Shown here: piece by piece, positions 1 to 9,663 of the stretch | How the letters are laid out: every line of letters starts with the position of its first letter | How positions within the stretch are numbered: the first letter of the stretch is position 1 | Origin: Candidatus Daviesbacteria bacterium | Lineage (GTDB): Bacteria > Patescibacteriota > Microgenomatia > Daviesbacterales > UBA10151 | NCBI GenBank assembly: GCA_016176405.1 | Contig: JACOXG010000010.1 | Location: 33,078 to 97,077, forward strand | Direction: 5' to 3' | Length of the DNA stretch: 64,000 nt | Translations under genes and position numbers: made by a program | Notes under the pieces: model-generated | What the model was told of the DNA's origin: nothing | Seen by the model: only the letters and a program-made list of their open reading frames with translations | The model's database searches: none

Positions 1-701
1 GTTTTGACTATTCTCAAATGGAACTTAAGATTTTATTTTTTTATCTAAACAATGATGAAGCTAGACAATATTTGAGTGATCCAGACTGGGATGGGCATTC
101 TTGGGTGGCCACTAAAATTTGGGGGATTTCAGATAAAGATCCTAGTTTTCCAGCTTTCCGAAAATTAGCCAAGGCTATAAACTTTGGAATTATATACGGA
201 GAAGGTGATAGACTATTAGCGGCTCAACTAGGGAAGACTGTTAACGAAGCTAAGAAGTTTAGAGAAGAGTATTATGCTAAAATTCCTGGAATAAGAGATC
301 TGATTAATGGGATTCATAAAAAGGTACAGACTAGAGGATATGTTTTCAATTACTTTGGACGGAGATATTATGCAGACCAAGACAGAGAATATGTTTTATT
401 AAATTATTTAATCCAAGGAACGAGCGCTGATTTAATTAAAAATAGAATGGTGGCGATTGATAATGATTTAGAATTAAGGTCTATTGGACTAAAGCTAATC
501 TTACAAATTCATGATGAACTAATTTTTGAATGTCCAAAAGATAAGATTGATTATTCAGTTAAACTAGTTAAACAGATTCTAGAATTTCCAGTTCTAAAGG
601 TTCCATTGGCCTCTAAAGCATATATTCACTATCCTAGTTTGGCTAGTAAATTTGATTATGGATTAAATTGGAGAGATAATGCTGGACTTTCAATCAATTG
701 A
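1..701 (+). CDS. DNA polymerase, family A (PolA-like), C-terminal part; the 5' end lies upstream of the window
   Basis: Frame is open from nt 3. Pol A motif B 'RKLAKAINFGIIYG' and motif C 'LQIHDELIFE' are present. Confidence 0.8.
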   Translation, partial: FDYSQMELKILFFYLNNDEARQYLSDPDWDGHSWVATKIWGISDKDPSFPAFRKLAKAINFGIIYGEGDRLLAAQLGKTVNEAKKFREEYYAKIPGIRDLINGIHKKVQTRGYVFNYFGRRYYADQDREYVLLNYLIQGTSADLIKNRMVAIDNDLELRSIGLKLILQIHDELIFECPKDKIDYSVKLVKQILEFPVLKVPLASKAYIHYPSLASKFDYGLNWRDNAGLSIN

Positions 702-1566
702 TTCTGCCTATACTGAGATATTAAACATCTTAGATAAAGACGGATTTTTAAATAAGAGACGAAATGGAGAAGTAAAAGAATGCTATCATTTAATGATGTG
801 TTTGTCTAATCCAAGACACAGAGTAATTCAAAATTCAAGCAGAAAGATAAGTCTATCAATGTTAGTCGGAGAATTTTTTTGGATTTTGTTTGGTAGAGAT
901 GATTTGGATTTTATATCCTTCTATAATTCAAAAATGATTGAATACTCCGATAATGGAAAGTCTTTATTTGGGGCATATGGAAAGCGTTTGACTAGTCAAT
1001 GGTCTGGAGTTATAGAAAGAATCTTATCTGATAAACTAACTAGACAGGCAGTATTACCGATTATAGATAAAAGTGACTCTACGGCTATGACTAAAGATTT
1101 TCCATGTAATAATCTTCTTCATTTTTGGAGTCAAGACGGCACTAGTCTAAATTTAACCGTGTATATTAGATCTCAGGATATGTTTTTAGGATTTCCGTAT
1201 GATGTTTTTCATTGGACAATGTTTTTAGAGAACATGGCTATGACTTGTAATATGAGACTTGGGAAATACTATCATATAATGCAAAATTGTCATTATTACA
1301 TTAAAGACTATGAAAAAGTTCAGTTGATAAAACAAGCTAATAGTTTTGTTAGTTTACCAATGAACTCTATATTAGAAAGTTGTTTTGATAAGTCTGTAGA
1401 AAATAGACTAATAGAATCAGAATCAAAAACTCGGCAGAACGGGGTTTATGTAAACTTATTCGATGAAAAGTCAATTTGGTCAGACTTTATAAAAATAGTT
1501 CAGCATAGAAAAAGCAATAAAAAAGTTTCTTTATTTGATGGAGCTTTAACTAATGTCTATAGATAG
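679..1566 (+). CDS. ThyA-fold pyrimidine hydroxymethylase, predicted dCMP hydroxymethylase
   Basis: Aligns to thymidylate synthase: 'EFFWILFG' ~ 'ELLWFLQG', and 'FPCNNLLHFW..YIRSQDMFLGFPYDVFHW' ~ 'APCHAFFQFY..YQRSCDVFLGLPFNIASY'. The catalytic Cys is kept, and the base-specificity Asn (E. coli N177) is replaced by Asp, as in T4 gp42. Confidence 0.65.
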   Translation: MLDFQSIDSAYTEILNILDKDGFLNKRRNGEVKECYHLMMCLSNPRHRVIQNSSRKISLSMLVGEFFWILFGRDDLDFISFYNSKMIEYSDNGKSLFGAYGKRLTSQWSGVIERILSDKLTRQAVLPIIDKSDSTAMTKDFPCNNLLHFWSQDGTSLNLTVYIRSQDMFLGFPYDVFHWTMFLENMAMTCNMRLGKYYHIMQNCHYYIKDYEKVQLIKQANSFVSLPMNSILESCFDKSVENRLIESESKTRQNGVYVNLFDEKSIWSDFIKIVQHRKSNKKVSLFDGALTNVYR

Positions 1567-1897
1567 ATTATTCAAAGATCAAGTTAGATTTACAGATAAG
1601 ATCATTAATGATTTAAGTGTGAATGTATCTAAAACTGAGTTAATAAAAGAATATTTGCTGTCTTTGCATGATGAACTATCAGAAATTCTTCATTGCACAA
1701 ATTGGAAATGGCATAGAGAAGATTACGGATCAGACATAGACTATGAGAATTTATATGTGGAATTAATAGACACACAAAAGTTTTTATGGGGGCTGATGCA
1801 TATTTGTGGAATGGACATAAATAAGTTTGAAGAAGTGTATGATAAGAAAAGTAAAATTGTAGAAGAGCGTTTAATGAAATTGAAAGGGAAACAATAG
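1553..1897 (+). CDS. MazG-like / all-alpha NTP pyrophosphohydrolase (possible dCTPase/dUTPase role)
   Basis: Small acidic helical protein with E/D-rich motifs ('LHDELSEIL', 'YVELIDTQ'). It sits between the hydroxymethylase and ThyX. Confidence 0.35.
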   Translation: MSIDRLFKDQVRFTDKIINDLSVNVSKTELIKEYLLSLHDELSEILHCTNWKWHREDYGSDIDYENLYVELIDTQKFLWGLMHICGMDINKFEEVYDKKSKIVEERLMKLKGKQ

Positions 1898-2680
1898 TTG
1901 AGTCAATTAATTCTACCTAAGGTATTCATCATAGGAGAGTCTAAGATTGATTCTGTTGGTTTGCAACAATTATTAAACCATTTGAGTGTTCCTGCATGGA
2001 AATCAGATGCTGACACCGATGTAGAAAAACTTCTGGAAGTCTATGGAAGGGCTTGCTATAAGTCATTTGATGTTATTCTAAATCCTAATTTAACTCGTGT
2101 AAGAAAGCACAATGATGAATACATAAAGAACATTATAGAAAAAGGAGACGGTAGTGTATTAGAACATGGTATGATTAATTTCTTTTTTGCTGATGTGAGT
2201 AGAGTTTTTACCCATGAGTTAGTTAGGCATCGTGTCGGAACAGCCATAAGTCAAGAGAGCTTAAGATTTGTTAGATTGACAGATTTGAACTGGTACGCCC
2301 CAATTTGTATTCAAGAGGATGTTCAGGCTATGGAGATTTTTTCAAGGACACTCAATAGTTTAAGTCAACTTCAAAAAGACTTGGCAGACCTATATAATAT
2401 AGATAACATGTCTTTTGAGAAGAAAAAGGAATTAACTTCAGCTTTTAGACGTCTTGCCCCTGATGGGTTAGCTACAAATATCGGGTGGTCTGCAAATATT
2501 AGAACAATTAGACATGTATTGGAGATGAGGACTAATCCCTCAGCTGAGGAAGAAATCCGATTAGTCTTTTCTCAAGTAGGAAAACTAATGAGGGAAAGAT
2601 ATAAGACGTTGTTTGATGACTATGAGACCGAGATTGTTAATGGAATTGATTGGTACAAAACTAAACATAGAAAAGTATAA
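1898..2680 (+). CDS. thyX: Flavin-dependent thymidylate synthase ThyX
   Basis: ThyX signature 'HELVRHRVGTAISQESLRFV' (RHR..S..S.R). TTG start with an upstream GGGAA RBS-like sequence. Confidence 0.8.
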   Translation: MSQLILPKVFIIGESKIDSVGLQQLLNHLSVPAWKSDADTDVEKLLEVYGRACYKSFDVILNPNLTRVRKHNDEYIKNIIEKGDGSVLEHGMINFFFADVSRVFTHELVRHRVGTAISQESLRFVRLTDLNWYAPICIQEDVQAMEIFSRTLNSLSQLQKDLADLYNIDNMSFEKKKELTSAFRRLAPDGLATNIGWSANIRTIRHVLEMRTNPSAEEEIRLVFSQVGKLMRERYKTLFDDYETEIVNGIDWYKTKHRKV

Positions 2681-2692
2681 GGAGATCTAGAA

Positions 2693-2923
2693 TTGCAAGA
2701 GCCATTAAGTTTTGAAAAAATAATTACTGACTGTAGAGAGAAGCTGACTAAACTTCAAGCCACACTCGAGAGTGTACATCAAATAATATTGACCATATCT
2801 CAGTCTTATTACTGGACTCCTGAATGGCAAGCCAAAGAGAAACGAGCAGACGAGGATGCTCGGGCTGGAAGGTCAAAACAGTTCAAATCTGCCGAAGAAT
2901 TGATCAGGGAGTTGAAGTCATAG
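2693..2923 (+). CDS. hypothetical protein
   Basis: ORF in the co-directional gene array. Confidence 0.3.
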   Translation: MQEPLSFEKIITDCREKLTKLQATLESVHQIILTISQSYYWTPEWQAKEKRADEDARAGRSKQFKSAEELIRELKS

Positions 2924-3083
2924 TCTATGCCCGAGTGGACATTGGGGAGCTCAGATGGCTTCAAGGCTGATTATAAGGCAAAGCCACCGATGTTCAGCCG
3001 AGGAAATATGAATAAGGCTCAAATGATTGATGATGTAGAAGATGCTATAAGCATTCTTATATGTGCTTTATTGAGGAATAACC

Positions 3084-3563
3084 ATGGTAAATAGACCTTC
3101 ATGGGATGATTACTTCTTGGGGATTGCTAAAGTTGTAAGTAGCAGGGCTTCATGCCCTAGGGCAAGCTCAGGATGTGTTTTAGTTCTAGATAAGAGAATT
3201 TTGTCTACAGGTTATAATGGGGCTCCTGTTGGAGAAAAGACGTGTTTAGATATAGGATGTAATGTAAAAGACAGACATTGTGTCAGGGCAGTACATGGCG
3301 AAAGAAATGCCATTTTGTGGGCTGAAAAATATTTTTCAGTAAAGCAACTAAAGGAAGCGACTTTGTACGAATACTATGCAGCTCATAGCGATGAATCAGT
3401 AAAGAATTATTATCCTTCTCAAGATTCTGTAGAGTCATTAGACTTTTTTCCGTGCAAACCATGTAAAGAATTGATGTTAGATAGAAAAATCAAAGAAGTA
3501 ATTTGTCAATATGGGAATGGAATTATAAAAGTCTATAAGAACTATCATATTGGAGAAAAGTAA
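3084..3563 (+). CDS. dCMP (deoxycytidylate) deaminase
   Basis: Zinc-deaminase motifs 'VHGERNAI' (H-x-E) and 'PCKPC'. Confidence 0.7.
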   Translation: MVNRPSWDDYFLGIAKVVSSRASCPRASSGCVLVLDKRILSTGYNGAPVGEKTCLDIGCNVKDRHCVRAVHGERNAILWAEKYFSVKQLKEATLYEYYAAHSDESVKNYYPSQDSVESLDFFPCKPCKELMLDRKIKEVICQYGNGIIKVYKNYHIGEK

Positions 3564-3707
3564 AATGGGAAATATTCAAGATTTATCTATTTATGATCCA
3601 GATATTTGGCTTAAGATGTGTGTGACTTTAAAGATTGAGCTGCCAGACGAGGTTTGGAAAAAGTATATAGATGGCCTATATCCTAGTTTATTTTTTAGGG
3701 GGTAGAA

Positions 3708-3911
3708 ATGTCGCAAGCTTATAAGTGTGATATGTGTAAATGTTTATTTGATTATAGACCAACAAGAGAATTAGAGTTTTCAGAGCATTACGGGCCAGAG
3801 CCTGATGCTAAGAGAGTTCATGCAATAGCTGAAATGAGAGGTGATTATTGTAGAGATTGCTTAGCGGAGATTTTAAGAAATAAGATAAATTATTTGGGAA
3901 GACAAAAATGA
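3708..3911 (+). CDS. hypothetical Cys-rich small protein
   Basis: Contains 'CDMCKC' and 'CRDC' pairs. Confidence 0.3.
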   Translation: MSQAYKCDMCKCLFDYRPTRELEFSEHYGPEPDAKRVHAIAEMRGDYCRDCLAEILRNKINYLGRQK

Positions 3912-3975
3912 AAGAAAAGATTGGTAAAAAGCTAAATTTTGACCCATTATTCGGAGAAGACGGGGAGTAAATAAA

Positions 3976-4188
3976 TTGGCAAAAATTTCTCAGCAACTTT
4001 CTTTTACATTTAGAATCGGGGTAGATCAAAAAGGTCAATTTGCCAAAGTCACAGTACAAATTGATGAAATAGATACAGAATTACCAATAAAGGAGCAATT
4101 AGAGAAAGTTGATGGCGCTCTAGATAAAGTCTGGGCATACATAAAGAAGAAAGTTGATGCCCAGATAGATGAAGTATTAGATAATTGA
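3976..4188 (+). CDS. hypothetical protein
   Basis: ORF only. Confidence 0.3.
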   Translation: MAKISQQLSFTFRIGVDQKGQFAKVTVQIDEIDTELPIKEQLEKVDGALDKVWAYIKKKVDAQIDEVLDN

Positions 4189-5004
4189 ATGAAATCTTAT
4201 TCTTTGTTAAATATAACTGGGAATAAGAGAAGCATAGCAGACCAAATTTTTTCTATTTTACCATTAGATTGTTCAGGATTAACTTATGTTGATCCATTTT
4301 TTGGGTCTGGAGGAGCATATTTCAATGTCTCAAGAAATTTTTTAAGCTATGAGTGTTCTGATTTATTTCCGCTTATTATAAATTTTATATGCCAAGATTT
4401 TTCAAATGAAATTTTAAGCGATTATTATAACAAAGTAACACAAAAATGGGACTTCCATAATAAAGATGCTTATTATAATTTTAGAGAATTTTGGAATGAA
4501 AATAGAGAAAAAGGTCCTAGAATTAAATATATAGGTTTTATGCTTTTAGCGGGAGCATGTATTAATGGTCTATATAGATTTGGCCCAAATGGTTTTAATC
4601 AGTCGTATGGAAATAGGATAATGAAGAAAGAACAACTTTTAGACTATAAGAAACATATTAAGTCTAATAGTAGTTTTTCAATAAAGAATTTTTTAGACAT
4701 AGTCCCGTCTAAAACTTCAGTATTGTATTTAGACCCCCCATATTCTGATACAGGGGCTTTAACTCAAATGTTTGGATTTTGGGAATTGGGTTTGGCGCAA
4801 GATTTAAATCTTATAAGACTAATTAAGTCTCAAGATGAGTGTAACGGTAAGTTTATTCTTAGCACTATTAAAAATTCTTTTTTACATAATGAATTAAAAG
4901 ACACATTTAGAAATATTGACATAAAGAAAACTTATAAAGTAAGTGTAGGAAAGCATTTAGCTTCGTCTCATGAAGAAATTATAGTTACAAATCTAGGAGA
5001 TTAA
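4189..5004 (+). CDS. DNA N6-adenine methyltransferase (Dam-like)
   Basis: SAM motif 'VDPFFGSGGAYFN' and catalytic 'LYLDPPYSDTG' (DPPY). Confidence 0.8.
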   Translation: MKSYSLLNITGNKRSIADQIFSILPLDCSGLTYVDPFFGSGGAYFNVSRNFLSYECSDLFPLIINFICQDFSNEILSDYYNKVTQKWDFHNKDAYYNFREFWNENREKGPRIKYIGFMLLAGACINGLYRFGPNGFNQSYGNRIMKKEQLLDYKKHIKSNSSFSIKNFLDIVPSKTSVLYLDPPYSDTGALTQMFGFWELGLAQDLNLIRLIKSQDECNGKFILSTIKNSFLHNELKDTFRNIDIKKTYKVSVGKHLASSHEEIIVTNLGD

Positions 5005-5006
5005 TC

Positions 5007-5942
5007 TTGTCGAAGAAGAATGATTCAATAGAAGAATTGCTAAAAAACGGCTTAATGAAATATGGCTCCGATAAGAGTTTGTTATTCGATAGGGTAGCAT
5101 TTGGGATAGAGTCGTTAGACAAGCTAGTAGGCGGCGGGATACCTAAAAAGAGAATGTCATTGTTTACTGGCCCCCCAAGTTCAGGGAAATCATATTTAGC
5201 ATCACAAGCTGTAGTTAGTGAACAAAAGAATGGTGGAGTAGCAGCTTGGATAGATACGGAGTTATCTTGGGATCCAGTTTGGATGGAAAGATGTGGGGTT
5301 GATATTGATAAAATTTATTTAGTTCAGCCGACAACAGGAGAAGAAGCATTTGATACGATTAAAGTGTTAATGAATGAAAAAGTAGGAGTTATTGTTCTAG
5401 ACAGTATTGCAGGAATAGTCCCGACAGCGGTGCAAGAAGAAGATTTTTCATACAATCCTGTAGCATGGCAGGCTAGGTTTGTTAATCAATCTATTCCTAA
5501 ACTATTTCCTTCATTAAAGAACGGGTCAGCCTTAATCGTAATAAATCAAGTCCGTTCTAGTCTTGGGCCCGTGTCATTAGATAATATGCCAGGAGGAGTG
5601 GCACAGCAATTCTTTGCACATTTCATATTGCAGATTAGGCGAGAAGGCTGGATAGAAGATGCTGATAAAAACAAGATGGGGTTTGACATAAAAATAAGTT
5701 GTAAGAAAAGTAAGGTTGGAGGACAGCCGTATCAATCTTGCACAGTCCCATTTAGACTAGAAGGTGGGATTGATCTTTTGGAAACTGTCATCAGAGAAGC
5801 ATTAGACAAAGGTATAATAGAACAAGCTAGGGCTTGGTTTAAATGGGGAGATCTTAAAGTGATTGGGATGAAAGGAGTTAAAGAATATTTGATAAATAAT
5901 CCAGATAAAAAATTAGAGTTGGAAAGTTTAATCAAAGAATAG
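5007..5942 (+). CDS. RecA-family recombinase / ATPase (UvsX/Sak4/RadA-like)
   Basis: Walker A 'GPPSSGKS' and Walker B-like 'IVLDSIAGIV'. Length about 311 aa. Confidence 0.65.
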   Translation: MSKKNDSIEELLKNGLMKYGSDKSLLFDRVAFGIESLDKLVGGGIPKKRMSLFTGPPSSGKSYLASQAVVSEQKNGGVAAWIDTELSWDPVWMERCGVDIDKIYLVQPTTGEEAFDTIKVLMNEKVGVIVLDSIAGIVPTAVQEEDFSYNPVAWQARFVNQSIPKLFPSLKNGSALIVINQVRSSLGPVSLDNMPGGVAQQFFAHFILQIRREGWIEDADKNKMGFDIKISCKKSKVGGQPYQSCTVPFRLEGGIDLLETVIREALDKGIIEQARAWFKWGDLKVIGMKGVKEYLINNPDKKLELESLIKE

Positions 5943-6130
5943 AATTAAATATGACTTGTCAATCTTGTAGTGGAAAGCTTACAGCGGTTAAGTCACTGCT
6001 GGAATCTAATGATTTTACTGCAGTAGTTTTCTATAAAAGAATTGATAATAATAATAAGTATCCAATATATTGGTGGTATGATTGCTATTTGTGGGGCAGT
6101 TATTTGGACAATAATTGGGAGTTTATATAA

Positions 6131-6457
6131 ATGAATGGAAAAGGCTGGGTATTAAAATCTGCTGTCATGGAAGCTACTAAGTCATTACCTTTAAGAGGAT
6201 GGATAGAAAGTCAGCCATATAAGAATTCAATTCCATGTATAGTCCAGCCAGGAAAGAAAACAACTAGATTAATTAAAGAAAATGAAATGGCAGTAGAGAT
6301 TATGCCTACTTGGGGGAAGTGTGTGTTAGTTGTGCCAAGAGAAGCTGTAGATATAGAGGTTCATTTAAAATCAGTGTCTATTCCATATAATCTATATTTA
6401 GAAGTGTCAAGATATGTTGGATTGGGGAAGTGTATAGGTGACAAAAGAGGTGGATGA
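6131..6457 (+). CDS. hypothetical protein
   Basis: ORF only. Confidence 0.3.
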   Translation: MNGKGWVLKSAVMEATKSLPLRGWIESQPYKNSIPCIVQPGKKTTRLIKENEMAVEIMPTWGKCVLVVPREAVDIEVHLKSVSIPYNLYLEVSRYVGLGKCIGDKRGG

Positions 6458-6541
6458 ATAGATGATAGAGATTGTAATAATAACGTGTCTGGGTTTTACG
6501 GTAGGCGTGCTTTTGAGTAAGTTAGCTAGCACTAAATATAA

Positions 6542-6844
6542 ATGATAGCTAAAGACCATACCAAGCAAGAAAATCTTATTGCTGATGTATTATCAAATCT
6601 TGGAATTAGATATGTGCAACAATACAATATAGGTCAATATACCGTAGATTTATTTTTGCCAGAATTAAATTATGTGATTGAGGCAGACGGAGTGTACGGT
6701 CATTTTAAGAAGGGAGATATAAAAAGAGACTTTATATTAGTATCAGACTTTGGAATAGACAAGGTAATTCATACTACTGAGAATACATATGCGGATATTC
6801 TTAAAAGGATAAAAGAAGAATGCCTGGAATTAGAAGACTCTTAG
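6542..6844 (+). CDS. DUF559/Vsr-like endonuclease-domain protein (free-standing homing-endonuclease-like)
   Basis: 'YTVDLFLPELNYVIEADGVYGHF' matches the DUF559 core pattern (D.F.P....IE.DG..H). Confidence 0.45.
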   Translation: MIAKDHTKQENLIADVLSNLGIRYVQQYNIGQYTVDLFLPELNYVIEADGVYGHFKKGDIKRDFILVSDFGIDKVIHTTENTYADILKRIKEECLELEDS

Positions 6845-7548
6845 GAGAAATATCTTCCAAACTAGTAAAAGAAGCAACCCCAAAAGATTCGTGGCTGATA
6901 AAAAAATTAGATGATTCTTTAGCAGCAATTCCTAATAGGCAATCTAGTGGGGGGGTATTTTATCCTTCTTCATTGGGGAGTAAGTGCGATAGATTTCTCT
7001 ATTATCATTATAGAGGTCTAATTCCACAAGAGCCAATTAGTGCAAAATTAAGAAGAATTTTTGATCATGGTAATGTTACTCAGGATAGGTATCAAAAATA
7101 TTTTGAAAAATTACGAGTTTTAATTTCTTGTGAGTTACAATTAAAATATTCTAATCCGCCAATTTCAGGTAGAGCAGATTTTATTCTTCAATATGCTGAT
7201 GAAGAAGGAAAGAAAGACCCAATAACAGGTATTATTAGATACACATTTGAAAATTATATTTTGGAGTTTAAGACAATAAATGATACTGGCTTTAAGAAAT
7301 TAACAAAAGCAACCCCAGACCACGAAGCACAGTTACAATGCTATTTGAACATAGCAAATTTAACTAAGGGCGGGGTACTATATGAGAATAAAGATAATCA
7401 GGATTTGAAGCTATTTTCAACAGAACGGAATGTTGAATGGTGGAATACTATACTGGATAGGTGCAGAAAAGTAATGAATTTGCAAATTCCTCCAGAAATT
7501 GTTGAGCCACATGATAAGTATTGTAAATGCTTGTTAGTGAAAGGATAA
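6820..7548 (+). CDS. PD-(D/E)xK nuclease, Cas4/RecB-nuclease-like
   Basis: 'GRADFI' (D), 'YILEFKT' (ExK), 'AQLQCYL' (QxxxY), plus N- and C-terminal Cys residues. Confidence 0.5.
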   Translation: MPGIRRLLGEISSKLVKEATPKDSWLIKKLDDSLAAIPNRQSSGGVFYPSSLGSKCDRFLYYHYRGLIPQEPISAKLRRIFDHGNVTQDRYQKYFEKLRVLISCELQLKYSNPPISGRADFILQYADEEGKKDPITGIIRYTFENYILEFKTINDTGFKKLTKATPDHEAQLQCYLNIANLTKGGVLYENKDNQDLKLFSTERNVEWWNTILDRCRKVMNLQIPPEIVEPHDKYCKCLLVKG

Positions 7549-7549
7549 G

Positions 7550-7837
7550 ATGTCTAAAAAGTACACTATTGAATATTCTGTTGATATAGAGACATTGACA
7601 GAACGCGTAGTTATATTTTGTCGGGATGGTGCAGATATTTATGTTGCTTCACCGATGAGTTTTACTAAGATAGATGAGGCAGAGAGAATCATTCCTACAT
7701 TAGAGGCTCGACTTGGGGAATTAGAAGGGCTTAAAAGAAAATTAACATCTAATTCAGAAGCATTAGAAGCAGAGTTAAAAGCCACTAAGTATCATCTTGA
7801 AGATATACGAAAATTGTTGGATTTGAAAAATGGGTAA
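7550..7837 (+). CDS. hypothetical protein
   Basis: ORF only. Confidence 0.3.
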   Translation: MSKKYTIEYSVDIETLTERVVIFCRDGADIYVASPMSFTKIDEAERIIPTLEARLGELEGLKRKLTSNSEALEAELKATKYHLEDIRKLLDLKNG

Positions 7838-8483
7838 TGATAAACTTTTACCTAACCAAGTCTATGTAGTAGACAAAAATACAAAGGCGAAATGGATTTA
7901 TGATATAGATCCAGAAGACTTTGACTTGATTGCTACTCGTGGCGTGAGAGATGAGTATGGAAATATAACCTTAGAAACTCCATATTTAGCTGCATTGAAA
8001 TATTGGACAGTAGAGAAAGCAATGAATACAGCTGACTTGTATGTAAAGGATTTAAATGTTCCGTCTATTGATATAAAGATAAAGGAAAAGCCTCCAGTAG
8101 ATTTATCTCAATTGCACAATAGCACTAATGACCAATTAGCAGAATATCTAGCATTTTTTGGGGGTTATCGAGCATATTTGGAGACCCAGTTATCTTATGT
8201 AGAGGCAAAGAAAGGTATATTAGAATCTTCATTTGAAGAGGGGCTTTCTAAGATGTTTTATACTCTTGGGGATAAGTATAAAGATAGCAAAAAGCCATTG
8301 AAAGAAGCAATGCATGGAGAAAGTATGCAAATGAATCCATCATTGAAAAAGATAAAGCAAACTCTAATAGAGACGGAGGCTATATATAATAGAATACGTG
8401 GACTTAGAGATTCATACAAGGTGGCATGGGATACAGTTAGTAGAGTAATAGCATTAAGACTGGGGTCTAAGGAAGGAGTATAA
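7830..8483 (+). CDS. hypothetical protein
   Basis: ORF only. Confidence 0.3.
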   Translation: MGNDKLLPNQVYVVDKNTKAKWIYDIDPEDFDLIATRGVRDEYGNITLETPYLAALKYWTVEKAMNTADLYVKDLNVPSIDIKIKEKPPVDLSQLHNSTNDQLAEYLAFFGGYRAYLETQLSYVEAKKGILESSFEEGLSKMFYTLGDKYKDSKKPLKEAMHGESMQMNPSLKKIKQTLIETEAIYNRIRGLRDSYKVAWDTVSRVIALRLGSKEGV

Positions 8484-8755
8484 GTATTTATATGACTGAG
8501 GATGGGAGCGGCAAGAATTATAGACTTTATGAAGATCTTTTAATTGCAATTGATAGGTATCTTCCAGAAGATAGTAATATTTTACCGGCAGATATTGTTG
8601 ATATAATTTTGCCTACCATTAAGAAGTCTATTGAAATTCTAGGATATTTTACATCTTGATCATGTGAGGATAGAGGAGGAGAAAAAATGAATGTTAGTTC
8701 CTCTTTCAAAAACTCTAATCGAGAAATTTGAAGATTATACCAATGGGTAGTTTTT

Positions 8756-9013
8756 ATGAATAAGCATAGGTCTTTTCTCAAAGATAGTAAATTAGTAAAT
8801 AACTGGTACTGTCCAAAATGTACAGTCTATGTGGATGTAAGACGGTATAAAGAATCAGCAAGAAATAACATGATTCTTTATGAAAGAAATGACTGTGAAA
8901 AATGCGGTATGACGCTGTATGAACTTATGCCATCATATTATTGTGTTAAATGCGGTAAGCTAGAAGTTCTAAATTCTGATTTTCTGTGCAAAGGATGTGT
9001 GACAAATGGATAA
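8756..9013 (+). CDS. zinc-ribbon protein (multiple CxxC)
   Basis: CPKC..CEKC..CVKC..CKGC. Confidence 0.35.
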   Translation: MNKHRSFLKDSKLVNNWYCPKCTVYVDVRRYKESARNNMILYERNDCEKCGMTLYELMPSYYCVKCGKLEVLNSDFLCKGCVTNG

Positions 9014-9132
9014 AGAAAATTTGTTTGAAGTTGAGGATTTAATTTCATACATTGAGCTTGCCTGTGGGGCATTAAGATATGCTCAAATGCAATCAAATCA
9101 AGCTTTATGGGAAAGTATTTTGGATGACATAA

Positions 9133-9660
9133 TTGGTTCAGCTAACCAATTGCAAGAGGCTGGACTTGAAGAAAGAGAGTAATTATTACATAGGCGTAGA
9201 CTGTAGCTCCAAAAGCATTCATTGCGTTAGTCTAAATGATAGTGCGAAGATAGCTTTCATAGCCTCATTTAAAACTGATAAAGAGGGTTTAGATGAGCGC
9301 ATGTATATGTTATATGATGATCTAATAAAGTTCGTTGAAGATAATTTATACATATTTAAGCATAAGGTTATTGTAGTAGTAGAAAATTCCATTTATATTC
9401 AGAATGTGAGAGCAACAATTGGCATATCTCAAACGGTAGCAGCATCAAAGCTTGTGTTTAACAAATTTGGGGCTGCTGTTTTTGGGATTGACAATAAGTC
9501 CTGGAAAAAGGACGTATTAGCTTCTGGTAAGGCAGAGAAAAGCTTGATAAAAAAATTTGCTCTTACAAAATGGCCAGATGATTTAAATGAAACAATGGAT
9601 CAAGACTTTTTCGATGCAGCCTGTATAGCATATTACGGTTTTAGTAAGTTTGGTAAATAG
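9133..9660 (+). CDS. RuvC-like Holliday junction resolvase
   Basis: 'YYIGVDCSSKS' (Asp 1), 'VVVENSIYIQN' (Glu) and 'DAACIAYYG' (Asp) resemble the RuvC catalytic residues. The true start may be the TTG near 9163. Confidence 0.55.
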   Translation: MVQLTNCKRLDLKKESNYYIGVDCSSKSIHCVSLNDSAKIAFIASFKTDKEGLDERMYMLYDDLIKFVEDNLYIFKHKVIVVVENSIYIQNVRATIGISQTVAASKLVFNKFGAAVFGIDNKSWKKDVLASGKAEKSLIKKFALTKWPDDLNETMDQDFFDAACIAYYGFSKFGK

Positions 9661-9663
9661 GCG

